Source: Octopus vulgaris
Taxonomy: Eukaryota
DNA: 64,000 nucleotides
Reading direction: 5' to 3'
Assembly (NCBI GenBank): GCA_951406725.2
Contig: OX597819.1
Coordinates: forward strand, 96,472,001-96,536,000
Notes under the pieces: generated by a model
Told to the model about the DNA's origin: nothing
What the model saw: only the letters and a program-made list of their open reading frames with translations
Databases searched by the model: none
Shown here: piece by piece, positions 1-13,526 of the stretch
How the letters are laid out: each line of letters begins with the position of its first letter
Position numbering within the stretch: the first letter of the stretch is position 1
Made by a program: the position numbers and the translations under genes

Positions 1-775
<775 letters not shown>

Positions 776-1574
776 GTATGTTTGTGTACTTTAATAGGCT
801 GATAAACACCATAGCAACAACACAATTTCATTGGTCAGAAATCAAACTTCTTTCGATATCAGATCGATATTTATCCTGCACATATTTCTGTTTCTGCTAG
901 TTAAAACTGGTTACTTTTTCACAAAAACAAGCTGGATTGTTTAATTTCTTTTACTTCTCATCCTACCCCCGGGGTGCATTAATAAATAAGTAAAGAGACA
1001 ACATCAAAGTGCTGGCTATTTTAGTATTCTAGCTATAGAATCACATTTGCCCGTTTTACAAGCCAACGCATTCTTTTGAAGATTAGCCGATCGAAAGGCA
1101 GGGTTAATAATCTATAATCATAGATCTGTATGGTTCTTCACATATTATCAACAATCTCGCTTGGTGACGAAGTAAATTAAGTCAGCGCTGAAAATTCCAG
1201 TCTTAGATCTAATAATAACGCAATGCCAGTTTATTGAGTCGCTCTGTTTGTTCTCTGCGTAACTCAGTTAATGTCTAGTTGGTGTTCAACGATTGCGCCG
1301 GTCACTATGCCGATAACTACCCACTCAGCCCACCTCTTTCGCTTCCTACTTTCTTTCCTTCGTCCTTTCTTCGTTTCTTTTTTCGTTCTTTCTTTCCTTT
1401 CTCTCTCTCCTTTTCTTTCTTTCTCTCTCTCTCTTTCTCTCTCTCTATCTGTCACCGTCTCACTCTTTCTTTCTCTGTCTAATAATGCCTGTTGCGTCAG
1501 CGATCACTAGAGCTAGACACGCCAATTGCTTTGATGAAAATTCCGACTATTAACATATTAACGGTAGCTCTGAA

Positions 1575-1751
1575 AACACACACACACACACACGTATGTG
1601 TGTGTGTGTATGTGTATGTGTGTATGTGTGTGTATACGTGTACACACACATATATACAAAACATACATACGCACGTGCACAAACATGTATACGCATATAT
1701 ATATATATGTATATATATATGTATGTCTCTGTGTGTAAGTGTGAGAGTTGG

Positions 1752-1783
<32 letters not shown>

Positions 1784-2220
1784 CACACATTCATATATAT
1801 ATATATATATACATACACACATTCATATATATATATATATATATATATAAATATATACATACACACATTCATATATATATATATATATATATAAATATAT
1901 GCATACACACATTCATATATATATATATGCATGTATGTATATATAATCAATACACTCATACACGTGTGTGTGCATATATAAATGTGTCATGCGTGTTTGT
2001 ATATTTATGTATATGTGTGGGTTGTGAGTATTTGTGTGTGTGTGCATATATATATCAATACACATATACATTATACCTGTGTGTGTATATATAAATGTGT
2101 CATGTGTGTTTGTATATTTACGTATGAATGTGTCATGTGTGTGTGTATGAGTGTGTGTGTGTGCATGATATATGTATATATGTATATATGTGTCTGTGTA
2201 TATATATATGTATATATATT
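1575..2220. repeat. Compound (CA)/(TA)/(TG) microsatellite
   Basis: Simple repeats visible directly. Confidence 0.95.
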
Positions 2221-2329
2221 CAGAAAATAAATAGCAATAAAAGTAAGGAATCAGCTAAAATCATGCGAATCAACGAGTTTCATCTGAGACCTTTTGATGT
2301 TAGCATTTAAAGGATGAGATTTTAAACAG

Positions 2330-3200
2330 CCACTAACATCTAATTAGACTTTGATCACTTGGTGGCGCTAGTTGTGGCACAGTAAATAGCAGCTTTGAAT
2401 ATGGCAGAAACAACCTTGGAAATGATCTGGTCTTCGTTCCACTCAGCAAATACCTCCGAAATTAAATATCACCTTATCACTTTCGATTCATTTATCAGAG
2501 ATGAAAGAACATCGGAGAAATCAACCTGAAAAAGTGATATCGGAATTACCAAAAGTGTTTTCTGTTCAATTTTATGAAAGTACTAATTCGCCATCCTTTC
2601 TCTTGGGAGACATTGATGTAGTGATCCAGCAGATTTCCGAACGATGATTAAATTTTCCACTCCCACTAATACTGTGTTAAGTTAATATACGACCCTTTCG
2701 CGAATAATAATAAAAAAAAAGTTGTTCTCTGAAGAAGCTGTATATGTGCATTCTGCTTCGATCTATTTTGTTTTCAATGATTTCATTATCAGACACTTGA
2801 CTTATATTAGAAATCAAAGTGATTGCTTTTCTGATGCCTTCGGGGAATTGAAGCCGTCTTCTACTTTCTGATTCCTACGAAATTTCCAATTCTATAGCTA
2901 AGAGAGATTGCATCAAATCTTAAAAGTGAGAAAAGAGATTGATGCTTTTTGAAGAAAATATGTTTAAATACTATGAGTTAATTCTCCTCTGAACGAGAGA
3001 ATGGAAATTTTACAAAGAAAATAGTCAAAGTTCTCAGTTTTAACTAATTTAACCGACAGTTTGTCACTTATCATTAAATTCTACCATAACGTTCTGTGTA
3101 AATTCATGTCTTAGGGGTCTATAACAAACACCAACGTCTCTATCTAAACACAAAAATAAAACTAAAATTATTCAGGGTTATATCACATTTTCTTTGGTTG
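2330..3200 (-). mobile_element. Possible highly decayed hAT transposase remnant
   Basis: Minus-strand translation near 2350-2450 gives SFPRLFLPYSKLLFTVP then, after a frameshift, TSAT. This resembles the hAT C-terminal dimerisation motif (FP.L....KLL..PATSA.SERxFS). Little else is recognisable. Confidence 0.3.
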
Positions 3201-3857
3201 AACAAACAAGGAAGATAATTACGAAAATTTCTCCACCTTTACAACAAAATTAGTTTATGCCCAGTTATTTATTACATTTTTTAATACGTTTTGATGCCAT
3301 TTTCGATGTTAAAGCCATTTCAAATAAGCAATCCCATTTTTCATAAATATGTGATTAGAACCCTGTACAGATTAACTATCAATGAATTAAATCCGTACTC
3401 CTCTATAAACACCTCAGAATAGTGAGTTAGTCACTACAAAAATAGAAAGTAACGATGAAAGCTGTGCTTCCACCGATGATGCCAAATAAACAGAAACTTT
3501 CAGTGTTGACTTTCTTGATCGATCACTTTAAGCATATTGTTAATTAATTTCAATTATGTTTTCATTACCATCAACATTAACTCTGTTCTAGTTATTTTCG
3601 ATGATTGGAAATAATTAACTTCATATTTTTATTGCTAAAATTTATGCTATGTTAGTAATGTAGGTGCTTATAATAAACCAGTAGCTTACAAACTTCTTTC
3701 AATAAGGTCTCAAGATGCCCTTTTCAAGGGTAAGTGTTATGTTGAACTAGAGAAAACTGTCATATCTGCTATTGTGGTTTTTGTGCATTTATATAACAAC
3801 AGCAACAACAACAACAACAACAAATATGCACCAGGCTTTCAAAAAAATCTCAAAGTA

Positions 3858-4072
<215 letters not shown>

Positions 4073-4619
4073 AAATGCCCTGATGCAGTATCAGGCAGTG
4101 GCTCTCAGGGTTGCTGATCTTAAGTGATTGGAAGTGTTATCATGTATATTGGTTTGTCTTGATATAAAAGATATGCTACAGCAAATAGCACAGATCTGCC
4201 TGTCAGTTGTTTGACCTTAACCAGTTGAGTATGTCCCTTACTGGTGGACGACACGCGCATATTTGATCACGAGCAGAACTAACGGGGGAGCATCAGAGCC
4301 ATGTGTTGTGAGTAGTTTTTGGGGTTTGAATAATTCACCTCTGGAAACATGGGTGCTTCGTTCAACATCCTTAAACAACCCTTATTCATGGATCTTTTGA
4401 GCAGGATGAGCTACTCGACCTGAAAAAATTTCTAATTGGGCCCCACCTGCACAGTCATGCGCTGTTTATTTTGATATGAGATCACCATGTCAAGCACATA
4501 TAGTTGTGATGTATGTGCCTGGTGTACCTTTATCAGACGGGTAGTTCTGATGGGTATACTGAGTTTTGTATACTTTACCCCACTGTCACTTTGATGGCAT
4601 GCACTGCTCTCTCACTCAA
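4073..4619. mobile_element. ~550 bp interspersed non-coding element in an (AAT)n/(GAT)n tract, copy 1
   Basis: Aligns over its length with 5277-5812 and, inverted, with 62603-62866; flanked by trinucleotide repeats. Confidence 0.85.
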
Positions 4620-4649
4620 TAATAACAATAATAATAATAATTATAATAA

Positions 4650-4852
4650 TGGCTTCAAATTTTGCCACAAGGGCAGTCATTATGGGAGATAGGATGAGTC
4701 GATTACACCGACTTCAGTATTTCACTGGTACTTAATCTACCGTCCCTGAAAGGATGAAAGGCCAAGTCGACCTCGGCAGAATTTCAACTCAGAACGTAAA
4801 GGCGGGCGAAATGCTGCTAAGCATTTCGCAACGATTCTGGCAGCTCGCCGCC

Positions 4853-4854
<2 letters not shown>
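4650..4854 (-). mobile_element. tRNA-derived SINE, family A (head aaggcggcgagctggcagaa; body gactttgcctttcatcctttcggggtcgat)
   Basis: Reverse complement matches the many copies listed below; B-box-like gagttcaaat. Confidence 0.85.
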
Positions 4855-4943
<89 letters not shown>

Positions 4944-5243
4944 GCGAAAGGGGCTGATTGCTACCTAACTCAGATACCAGGAAACCCCAAAATGGCAGAA
5001 ATTCAAAAGATAGTGCTCATGGGAACTGCTCATATCCTACGCAAAATACTCTCTATGTAATCCCAAGGTTTAAAACAAACTTTTTTAATTTATGTATTAG
5101 ACATTCACTAGTACAACACCCCCCCCCAAATATATGGCACACTAGGCATAACAACAACGTGAACTTCCAACCTGTTGTCTCTTGAGGTCTCTGGGTGAGA
5201 CTTGGAGCCAACTTGTACAGACATAAAGCAAAAGTCAAACATA

Positions 5244-5244
<1 letters not shown>
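4944..5244 (+). mobile_element. 5'-truncated R4/Dong-type non-LTR retrotransposon (RLE C-terminus plus 3' UTR)
   Basis: Translates AKGADCYLTQIPGNPKMAEIQKIVLMGTAHILRKILSM* (stop 5058-5060), the typical IQK..L.GT..ILR end of R4-clade ORFs; (AAT)n on both sides. Confidence 0.8.
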
Positions 5245-5276
<32 letters not shown>

Positions 5277-5278
<2 letters not shown>

Positions 5279-5810
5279 TGGCTCTCATGGCTTCTGATCT
5301 TAACTGATTGGAAGTGTTATCATGTACATTGTTTTGTCTTGGTATAAAAGATGGGCTACAGCAAATATTCTGCTCAATACCACAGATTTGCTTGTCAGTT
5401 GTTTGACCTTAACCAGTTGAGCATGTCCCTTAGTGGCTGACGATATGTGCATCTCTGATCACGAGCAGAAGTAGTGGGGGAGCATCATAGCCATGTGTTG
5501 AGAGGGATTCTTTGGGGTTTGAATAATTCACCTCTGGAAATATGAGTGGTTTTTTCAACATCCTTAAACAACCCTTATTCAGGGACCGTTTGAGTGGGAT
5601 GGGCTATTCAACCTGAAGAAAATTCTAACTGGGCCCCACCTGCAAGGTCATGTGCTGTTTATCTTGATATGAGATCACCATGTCGCGCACATATGGTTGT
5701 GATGCATGTGCCTGGTGTACCTTTATCAGACAGGTAGTCATGATGGGTATATTGGACTTCGTATATTTTACCCCAGTGTCACTTTGATGGCATGAACTGC
5801 TCTCTCACTC

Positions 5811-5812
<2 letters not shown>
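5277..5812. mobile_element. ~550 bp interspersed element, copy 2 (lacks ~25 bp at its left end)
   Basis: Near-identical to 4073-4619; (AAT)n on both sides. Confidence 0.85.
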
Positions 5813-5872
<60 letters not shown>

Positions 5873-5961
5873 TGATAATAATAATAATCTCTCTCTTTCT
5901 GTCCGTCTGTCTGTCTCTCTCCACGCGCACGCGCACACACACATGCACACACGCACACACG

Positions 5962-6006
<45 letters not shown>

Positions 6007-6370
6007 TCTGTTAATTGATTTGTCATAGATATGATATTAATCCAGAAATAAATTCAGTTGCATGCGTAAACTTACTTCAAGCTATAACCAATTACCACAT
6101 TATTGCCGTTATTCTAATTAGTGAAGTTTAAAATATGTTATGGAAGTAACACAGAAATTGAGTATCAATACATTTCATATCAGATATCATTTCAACAGAT
6201 TTAATATTGATTTCAAATATATGCACAGCGCTTCACATTCAGTTTCACAGTGGATGTGAGTCTAGACAGTTTAATTGAACTAGTACTCAACAGGTATTAT
6301 ATTTATCCCAGCAGAGTGAAAGACTTTTTTGACCCCGGCAAGATTTGACCTCAAAACTTAAAGGCTTGTA

Positions 6371-6564
6371 ACTAACTACGCCAAGGCATTTTCACTATGG
6401 AAGTGTGGAGGCACATGGCCTAGTGGTTAGAGCAGCGGACACGCGGTCGAGGGATCGCGGGTTCGAAACTAACTACGCCAAGGCATTTTCACTATAGAAG
6501 TGTGGAGGCACATGGCCTAGTGGTTAGAGCAGCGGACTCGCGGTCGAGGGATCGCGGGTTCGAA
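6371..6564 (+). repeat. 97 bp tandem duplication spanning flank plus SINE head
   Basis: 6371-6467 repeats at 6468-6564 with about 2 substitutions. Confidence 0.9.
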
Positions 6565-6811
6565 TCTCAGACCGGGCGATGTGTGTGTTTCTGAGCGAAA
6601 ACACCTAAGCTCCACGCGGCTCCGGCAGAAGGTAATGGCGAACTTCTGCTGACTCTTTCGCCACAACTTTCTCTCACTCTTTCCTCCTGCATCTTGCAGC
6701 TTACCTGCGACGGACCGGCGTCCCGTCCAGGTGGGGAACCTGTACGCCAAGAAACCGGGAAACCGGCCCTTATGAGCCAGGCATGGCTCGAGAAGGAACA
6801 AACAAACAACA
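6502..6811 (+). mobile_element. Full-length young tRNA(Arg)-derived SINE, family B, with 11 bp TSD
   Basis: A-box TGGCCTAGTGG, B-box GGTTCGAATC, TCG anticodon-like loop, (AAAC/AAC)n tail, CpG-rich; TSD actatagaagt at 6491-6501 and 6812-6822. Confidence 0.9.
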
Positions 6812-7129
6812 ACTATAGAAGTAGTTATCTATATACTTCTATACGGATTGGTATCGCAAGATTTGATTCTCAACAATGGATAGCTATCTCCAACACCATT
6901 AGAAAGAAGTGAAAAATCACAAAGAAGATAGAGACACGATGAAATATTCTCAAATTCTTCTGTCTACCATTTCATTGGTTTCTGGGAGAATGGATGAAGT
7001 GTTGAGTAATCAGTTTAGATACAGACAAGCAAACAGATGTTCTTAAAGTAGCTTCTATAATCAATATATTTGATTAAAATTTTCCTAAAATTCATTGTGT
7101 CAAGTCATTAATATACGCTCTCAGACGCA

Positions 7130-7455
7130 ATCACTCCCTCCCTCCCTCCCTCTCTCACCCCTCCCTCTCTCTCACCCCCTCTCTCACCCCTCCCTCACTA
7201 ACTCACTAAATCACTCAACTACTCATATACTCACTCGCTTACCCATTCACCTACACACTCAGTCATAGACTCACACGTGCAAACATTCACTCACCCACAA
7301 ACTCGTTCGCTTGCACACTTATTCATACACACGCACACACTCACTCTGCTATTCACATACTCACCCATTCATACACTCACTCACCCATACTCTCACTCAC
7401 TCACTCACTCACTCACTCACTCACTCACTCACCCATAGCATCACTCACTCATCCA
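7130..7455. repeat. (CACT)n/(CCCT)n degenerate tetranucleotide microsatellite
   Basis: Visible directly. Confidence 0.9.
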
Positions 7456-7459
7456 CACA

Positions 7460-7920
7460 CCTATTTCTTTACTACTACCCACAAGGGGCTAAACACAGAG
7501 AGGACAAACAAGGACAGACAAACGGATTAAGTCGATTATATCAACCCAGGGCGTAACTAGTACTTATTTAATCGACCCCGAAAGGATGAAAGGCAAAGTC
7601 GACCTCGGCGGAATTTGAACTCAGAACGTAACCGCAGACGAAATACCATTAAGCATTTCGCCCGGTTTGCTAACGTTTCTACTAGCTCGCCGCCTTAATC
7701 TCACTCACTCACACATACCTATTTCTTTATTACCCACAAGGGGCTAAACACAGAGGGGACAAACACGATTATATCAACCCAGTGCGTAACTGGTACTTAA
7801 TTTATCGACCCAGAAAGGATGAAAGGCAAAGTCGATCTCGGCGGAATTTGAACTCACAACGTAACGCAGACGAAATACCGCTAAGCATTTCGCCCGGCGT
7901 GCTAACGTTTCTGCCAACTC
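7460..7920 (-). mobile_element. Two adjacent family A SINE copies
   Basis: Copies at 7460-7697 and ~7720-7917; ctcactcacacatacc flanks the second copy on both sides (TSD-like). Confidence 0.9.
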
Positions 7921-8386
7921 ACTCACACATACCGTTGAAGTAACTGAGATGACCAGTCATGTTATCAAACAGTTATTAAACATTATTGGATCCCAGACAC
8001 AGAGACGATATTGTTATATCAGCAGCTTAATATCGTTGACCGTTTATTGTTATCAAAAGTGCTCCATTTCGAAGTCATTACAATAAGCGGCTTCAACAAC
8101 AAGTGGGTCTCTAAAATCCATAAACCTGTCTTGCTACCACGTTCTATTACTTTCCAAATAGGAAGGACATGCTAGATAATGCCTAGGTTTACAAAAAGAC
8201 GTCGGGGGCAAGAGTAGAATGTATTTTATGATAATTATTCATTATCATGGTTAAACTGGGCTAAAAGAAAGCACGTGCAAACTCACACTTTTATCCACTT
8301 ACACATATACGTACAAACACACACGCATATACTCAGATATTGGACGGAGTGATTCATTTGTGAATATATATATATATATTTGCAAA

Positions 8387-8451
<65 letters not shown>

Positions 8452-8487
8452 CGGAATTTTATAGTATTACAAATCCATCATAGCTGG

Positions 8488-8568
8488 TCTTACCAATCGG
8501 TTTTGTGCAAAGAATACAGTGAAGTGCTAGGTAACAATCAGATTATATAACGTTACGCTCATCAGAGA
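8488..8568 (-). ncRNA. Degenerate type I hammerhead-ribozyme-like motif
   Basis: Minus strand tct-CTGATGA-g...c-AAAA(for GAAA)-cc gatt gg-TA-aga; stems I and III pair. Confidence 0.45.
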
Positions 8569-9305
8569 TAGCCGATATGGAAGGGAATATGGCGACTGTA
8601 TATACACGTATATACAGATATGTATGTATGTATGTATATGTATATATATACAAATTTATGCAAGAAGATGAAAAAAAAAAGCTTTAATTACAAATTACAA
8701 CATATGTGTCTGTGTCGTTGCACGAACTTTAAGTTGCTGGGTTTTCATTCTCATTTCATTATATAAAAGTTTTTAATAGTAATTTTATAAATAAATATTT
8801 ATAAAATTTATAAATTTTATAAATATTTATATAATATTTATAAATTTTATAAAACGGCGGTGCATCAGCATGGCCGCAGCTCTGAGCTGAAACTAGAAAA
8901 AAAATGATTCAGTAACAGTCCTATGCCGGTACTTCATCAGGTAGATTGCTCTTATAGCCTGTATTTTTTCTATCTTCTGCTATAAATTTTTATATAAAAT
9001 CTGTACACTAAGGGTGTATCATAATTATCCAACCCAGCAAATAACCTTGGTGTATGATGGCATATGGTAGTCGATAACAGTTTAGAAGCTTTTAAAAGCA
9101 TGTTATCAGGTTATGACCGAGATAATATGTATATGTGTGCATATGTGTGTATACATACATACATACATACATACATACATACATACATACATTTATATAT
9201 ATGTATGTAATTAAAATCATGTGTTATATATGTATGTATGTTTGTATGTATGTATGTATGTATGTATGTATGTATATATATATGTATATATATATATATA
9301 TGTAT

Positions 9306-9392
<87 letters not shown>

Positions 9393-9395
9393 ATG

Positions 9396-9919
9396 GGGGA
9401 CATAAGTCATTTCCACCAAGAATTTCACTAATCATACCCAATGCAGTTTTTCATTTATGTAATAATGCCCTCTATATAATATAATTAATATGTTCAAAGG
9501 AAAAAAATTATTTTCGAATTTTTTTCTCTTATGAGGTTTTTCACGCTATCTACCTGATAATTTCTTGTTAAGATTCCTTATTAAGAAGTTATCCTTAATT
9601 GTTAAATTTATTCCGAAAAAACTTTTCCTACCCGAAATGAAGTTCGAAAAAGCCCGCCATTTACCGGATATATGATTTATAAACTTCTCCATGTGCTTCG
9701 TTAGAAAGAGCAGTTGGCTGTTCGACATCGACAGTGCTGGTAGTTTATTTATGATGTGTTCAGAATCAGTTCTACCGATGAGCATGGACGCAAATTTTTA
9801 TGCGGTGAGTGCGAAATCACAGGTGATATAGGACTAAATTCATTTTGTAAGTGTCTTGCTTTGAAAAACTGCATTGGGTATGATTAGTGAAATTTTTGGT
9901 AGAAATGACTTATGTCCCT
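9396..9919. mobile_element. MITE-like non-autonomous DNA element with ~57 bp TIRs
   Basis: gggacataagtcatttccaccaagaatttcactaatcatacccaatgcagtttttca (9397-9453) is the reverse complement of 9862-9918 with 2 mismatches. Confidence 0.8.
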
Positions 9920-10167
9920 CTTAGTGTGAGGCATTTATGTGTAATAATGCCCTCTATATAATATAAATTAATATGTTCAAAGGAAAAAAATTATTTTCGA
10001 ATTTTTTCTCTTATGAGGTTTTTCACGCTATCTACCTGATAATTTCTTGTTAAGATTCCTTATTAAGAAGTTATCCTTAATTGTTAAATGTATATATAAT
10101 GTATATATATATGTATGTATATATAAATCTACAGGTTTCTTTTCAGCCTCTGTTTATTTTCTCTTAT

Positions 10168-10207
10168 TCCGTTCTGTTGAAGAGCGTAGGCTCGAAACGT
10201 AAAGGAC
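10168..10207 (+). ncRNA. Minimal hammerhead-like motif in a Penelope-type terminal-repeat fragment
   Basis: tccgtt-CTGTTGA-a-GAGC gtag GCTC-GAAAC-GTA-aagga; palindromic ACGT stem III; A6 is U. Confidence 0.5.
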
Positions 10208-10337
10208 TTTTTCATTTTCCTGAGCGTCATACTAATACACCTTCTTGCTGTTCATACACCTGTCTTTGTCATTTGCTTTTGTATAAATTCAACTCCCCTC
10301 TATCTATCTCTCTCTCTCTCTATATATATATATACAT

Positions 10338-10368
<31 letters not shown>

Positions 10369-10486
10369 CATATGTATATATGTATCTGTTAAGCTATTTC
10401 TCTCTCTCTCCCTCTCTCTCTCTCTATATATATATATACACACACACACATATATATATACATATGTATATATGTATCTGTTAAGC

Positions 10487-10531
<45 letters not shown>

Positions 10532-12509
10532 ACTAGCTGGAATGTCATTTACTAGCTGATAGGCTTTTAGCTTGCGTGATGTAAATGTCTATAGATTAGA
10601 CTTAGCTACGAAGAAATTGTTTAGTGAAATAGCTTTAAGAATAACATATCACACTTATCTTCGTAGATTTAATGTTTCAGATATCAGTTGAAACTTAGAT
10701 ACAAACCAATTCCGTTCTTATCGCAAATTCACTTTAGAAGTCTTTTATATAAATGAGAATTCTAATCAATAGGATATAAGAAGAAATCGAGATCTATTAG
10801 AGATCGATCTCTGTTTTTCTGGCTATAGAATATAGACAGCTGGGTACATTAGAGGAGAAATACCATGTGTTATTTAATTCCGTCATGCTGCACAGATAGT
10901 CCCTTGTCGATCTCGCTATCGTTATGCAATGACCCTGTGATACATGTGTTAAAACGTGTAACCGACGACCATTTTGTTCACAAAATAGTTGATAAAATAC
11001 ATACAAATGTGTGTGTGTTTTGAGTGTGTACGTGTGTGTGTGTGTGTGTGTATGTGTTGTGCATGTGTTATATATCTGTATATGTGTTTTCGCATATGTG
11101 TGTGAGTGTATACATTGCAGGAACCCGTAATTTCCTCCCCCACCGCCACTCTATGTAGCCAGTTGAACAGAATTTAATTGCTGCCACCATTTTATTGAAT
11201 GGAAATTCATTTGGCGTGAATTCTAATAAAATTTATTGTCTACTTTAAGCCATATCTTGTTAGTTTGTAATTTCATTTAATTAAATACAATAATCATATA
11301 AAATGTTCCAATATTTTCTGACTAAAGCCAAGCGTATTATACGACATTAAATCTTCTCTTCCCCTTAATTTCAATCACTATTTTCTGTTTATTTCTCTAT
11401 TACAATCCTCCTCTCGCATTCTCTTTCCCTCTGTTTTTCACTCTCTTTTCCTCCTTGTCCTCCTCCTTTCTGTTTTTCAGTATTTCCTTCTTTGCTGAGA
11501 GATATGCTTCTTCTTTACCTTTTTCTTTTTCTTGTTTGTGTTTATCTTCTTTCTTTCCACCCGTTTCTACATTTATCTTCACTCCCGCTTTTACTCCTCC
11601 CTCTCTTAATATTTATCTGTCTGCCTCTCTCACTCTCCCCTTCTGTATGCATTTGTGTGTGTGTGTAGATGGATGTGTATATATTGCAAAAACTGAGCAA
11701 CGAAAGACAAAAAGAAAAAAAGAAAGAAAAATAAAGTGAGGGAGAAAGGAAGAGGAAGAAAAAGGAAGAAAAACAAGAAAAAACAAGGCATGTAATATAT
11801 TAGGAATGATACCCAGGGTGGAGGGTGGAATCTGATAATGGAAATGAAATCCTAATAAAAATTGATGGAGGTGAACAGTAAAGGAGTATGAGAGGGGAAA
11901 TGGTTGTGGAAAATGATATGAATAATGGTTAAAGTGGCGCGAAAAAGAATAAATAGTAAAATAACGACAAAGAATAAAGTAGTGAAAGTAGAGAGGAGGG
12001 GTATGTAGGCTCCAGAATGGTAGACGTTATTTCTAGTGGGAATTTTGTTGATGTGGTGGAATATTGCAAGAAAGTAGCGAGAAATAGGGAAAATATGTTT
12101 GCAAGCGATGCACACAGCTTGGGAAAAATTGCAATGCCTATACAGCCGTAATTAATGGAATGTTTTAAATATTTATTTTTAATTACGGTTCAAGAATACG
12201 GAATGAATTACGGTGGAGGTGGAGTGGGTTAGGTGTAAGGGAAGGATGGTGGTCAGATTTTGAGCTTCGACTTTTTCGATGCAGCAAAATCTTTTCTTCG
12301 TTTCTGCTTCGTATTCATCGGCTTTCCCTTAATGGAATCTGTGTTCGCGTACGCGCGTGTGTATCTTTCTCCTTCTCTCTCTCTCTCTCTCTATGTATGC
12401 ATATATATATATACACACACATTGAGAACATAAAGATCCTCATTAAAACCATAAGTTCGAAGTGTATAGAGCTAATAAATATGTGTGTGATTGCGTTTGT
12501 ATATATACA

Positions 12510-12892
12510 CTAGCAGTATCGCCCGGCGTTGCTCAGGTTTGTAAGGGAAATAACTATAAAGCACTTTTAGAGAGTTATAGCCACAAAATAGAAAAAAAAA
12601 TGGAAAAAAATGATGGTAAATTTTTTTTTAGTTAAAAAAGGTGGAGTTGCGTCCCCTAGACAGTTTGCGGTTTGTGTTTCTGATTCTCGACCCCATGTCG
12701 AATTTATCGATTTTTTTCAGAACTGGGGGAACTTTTTAAAATTTTCGCTGTGTTAGTTTTGAATTATGACATTGGGCTATGTGTGTGTCAAGTTTCATCA
12801 GAATCGGTTGAAAGCCGTGGTCAGGGTGAGGGTACAAGCAAACAGACACACAGAAACACGCACAGACAAACTGCCGTTTATATAGAGAGAGA
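12510..12892 (-). mobile_element. Non-autonomous Helitron
   Basis: Minus strand begins A|TC(TCTCTCTATATAAAC) and ends cctgagcaacgccgggcgatactgCTAG|T: GC-rich subterminal hairpin, CTAG terminus, A/T insertion site, no TSD. Confidence 0.8.
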
Positions 12893-12934
12893 TATGTTTG
12901 TCAGTATATTCATATGCGTATGTGTGTGTGTGTG

Positions 12935-13014
<80 letters not shown>

Positions 13015-13099
13015 AAATAAAAAGGGTCAACGGCACATATCGACAGACCGAGAAAGAATGAGATACCCGTTAGTAGATCTCGTTTGTAAACTTTATTAT

Positions 13100-13330
13100 G
13101 GTTTTTGTATCTAAAAGAAGTCTGATTTTCCCAAGGAATGATTTGATCATATAACGAAAATTAGGCAATATTATATGCAGTAGGATGTGGAATGTCTTTG
13201 TACGACACAGATAGCAATATTTTGATCCGTTCTTAAATAACTCCACTTTATCTAAAACCACCCATGAGAGGATTTGATCTCTCTTTTGTCTCTTGATTTT
13301 CAAAGTGAGGATAACATTGAACAAGTAGCT
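13100..13330 (-). mobile_element. Penelope-like element remnant (C-terminal end of GIY-YIG region)
   Basis: LSWVVLDKVELFKNGSKYCYLCRTKTFHIL resembles W.IL...Y.NG.K.C.LCL.EK..I of PLE endonucleases. Confidence 0.6.
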
Positions 13331-13526
13331 TGTTTGTGTGTCACTGCTGGAGACACATGTGACTTTTAGAGACCAAAGCTCTAACCTACCAACTGTATGT
13401 TGATTCTACACTTGTTTGCAATATCTGTGTAGATGTGTGCGCGCGCGTGTATACATAAGTATACAAATACACTTACACACACACAGTACATACATATACA
13501 TTATAAATTTACATACATAAGCATAT

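Noticed and set aside
6502-6575. tRNA-Arg(TCG)-like sequence
   Set aside because: The acceptor stem does not close, and the sequence continues into a SINE body with tail and TSD
8780-8855. AT-only quasi-palindrome
   Set aside because: Low-complexity (ttttataaaa)-type repeat; pairing is expected by chance
8920-8945. CTGATGA on the minus strand as another hammerhead
   Set aside because: No matching GAAA box or stems found; the region is interrupted by a SINE tail
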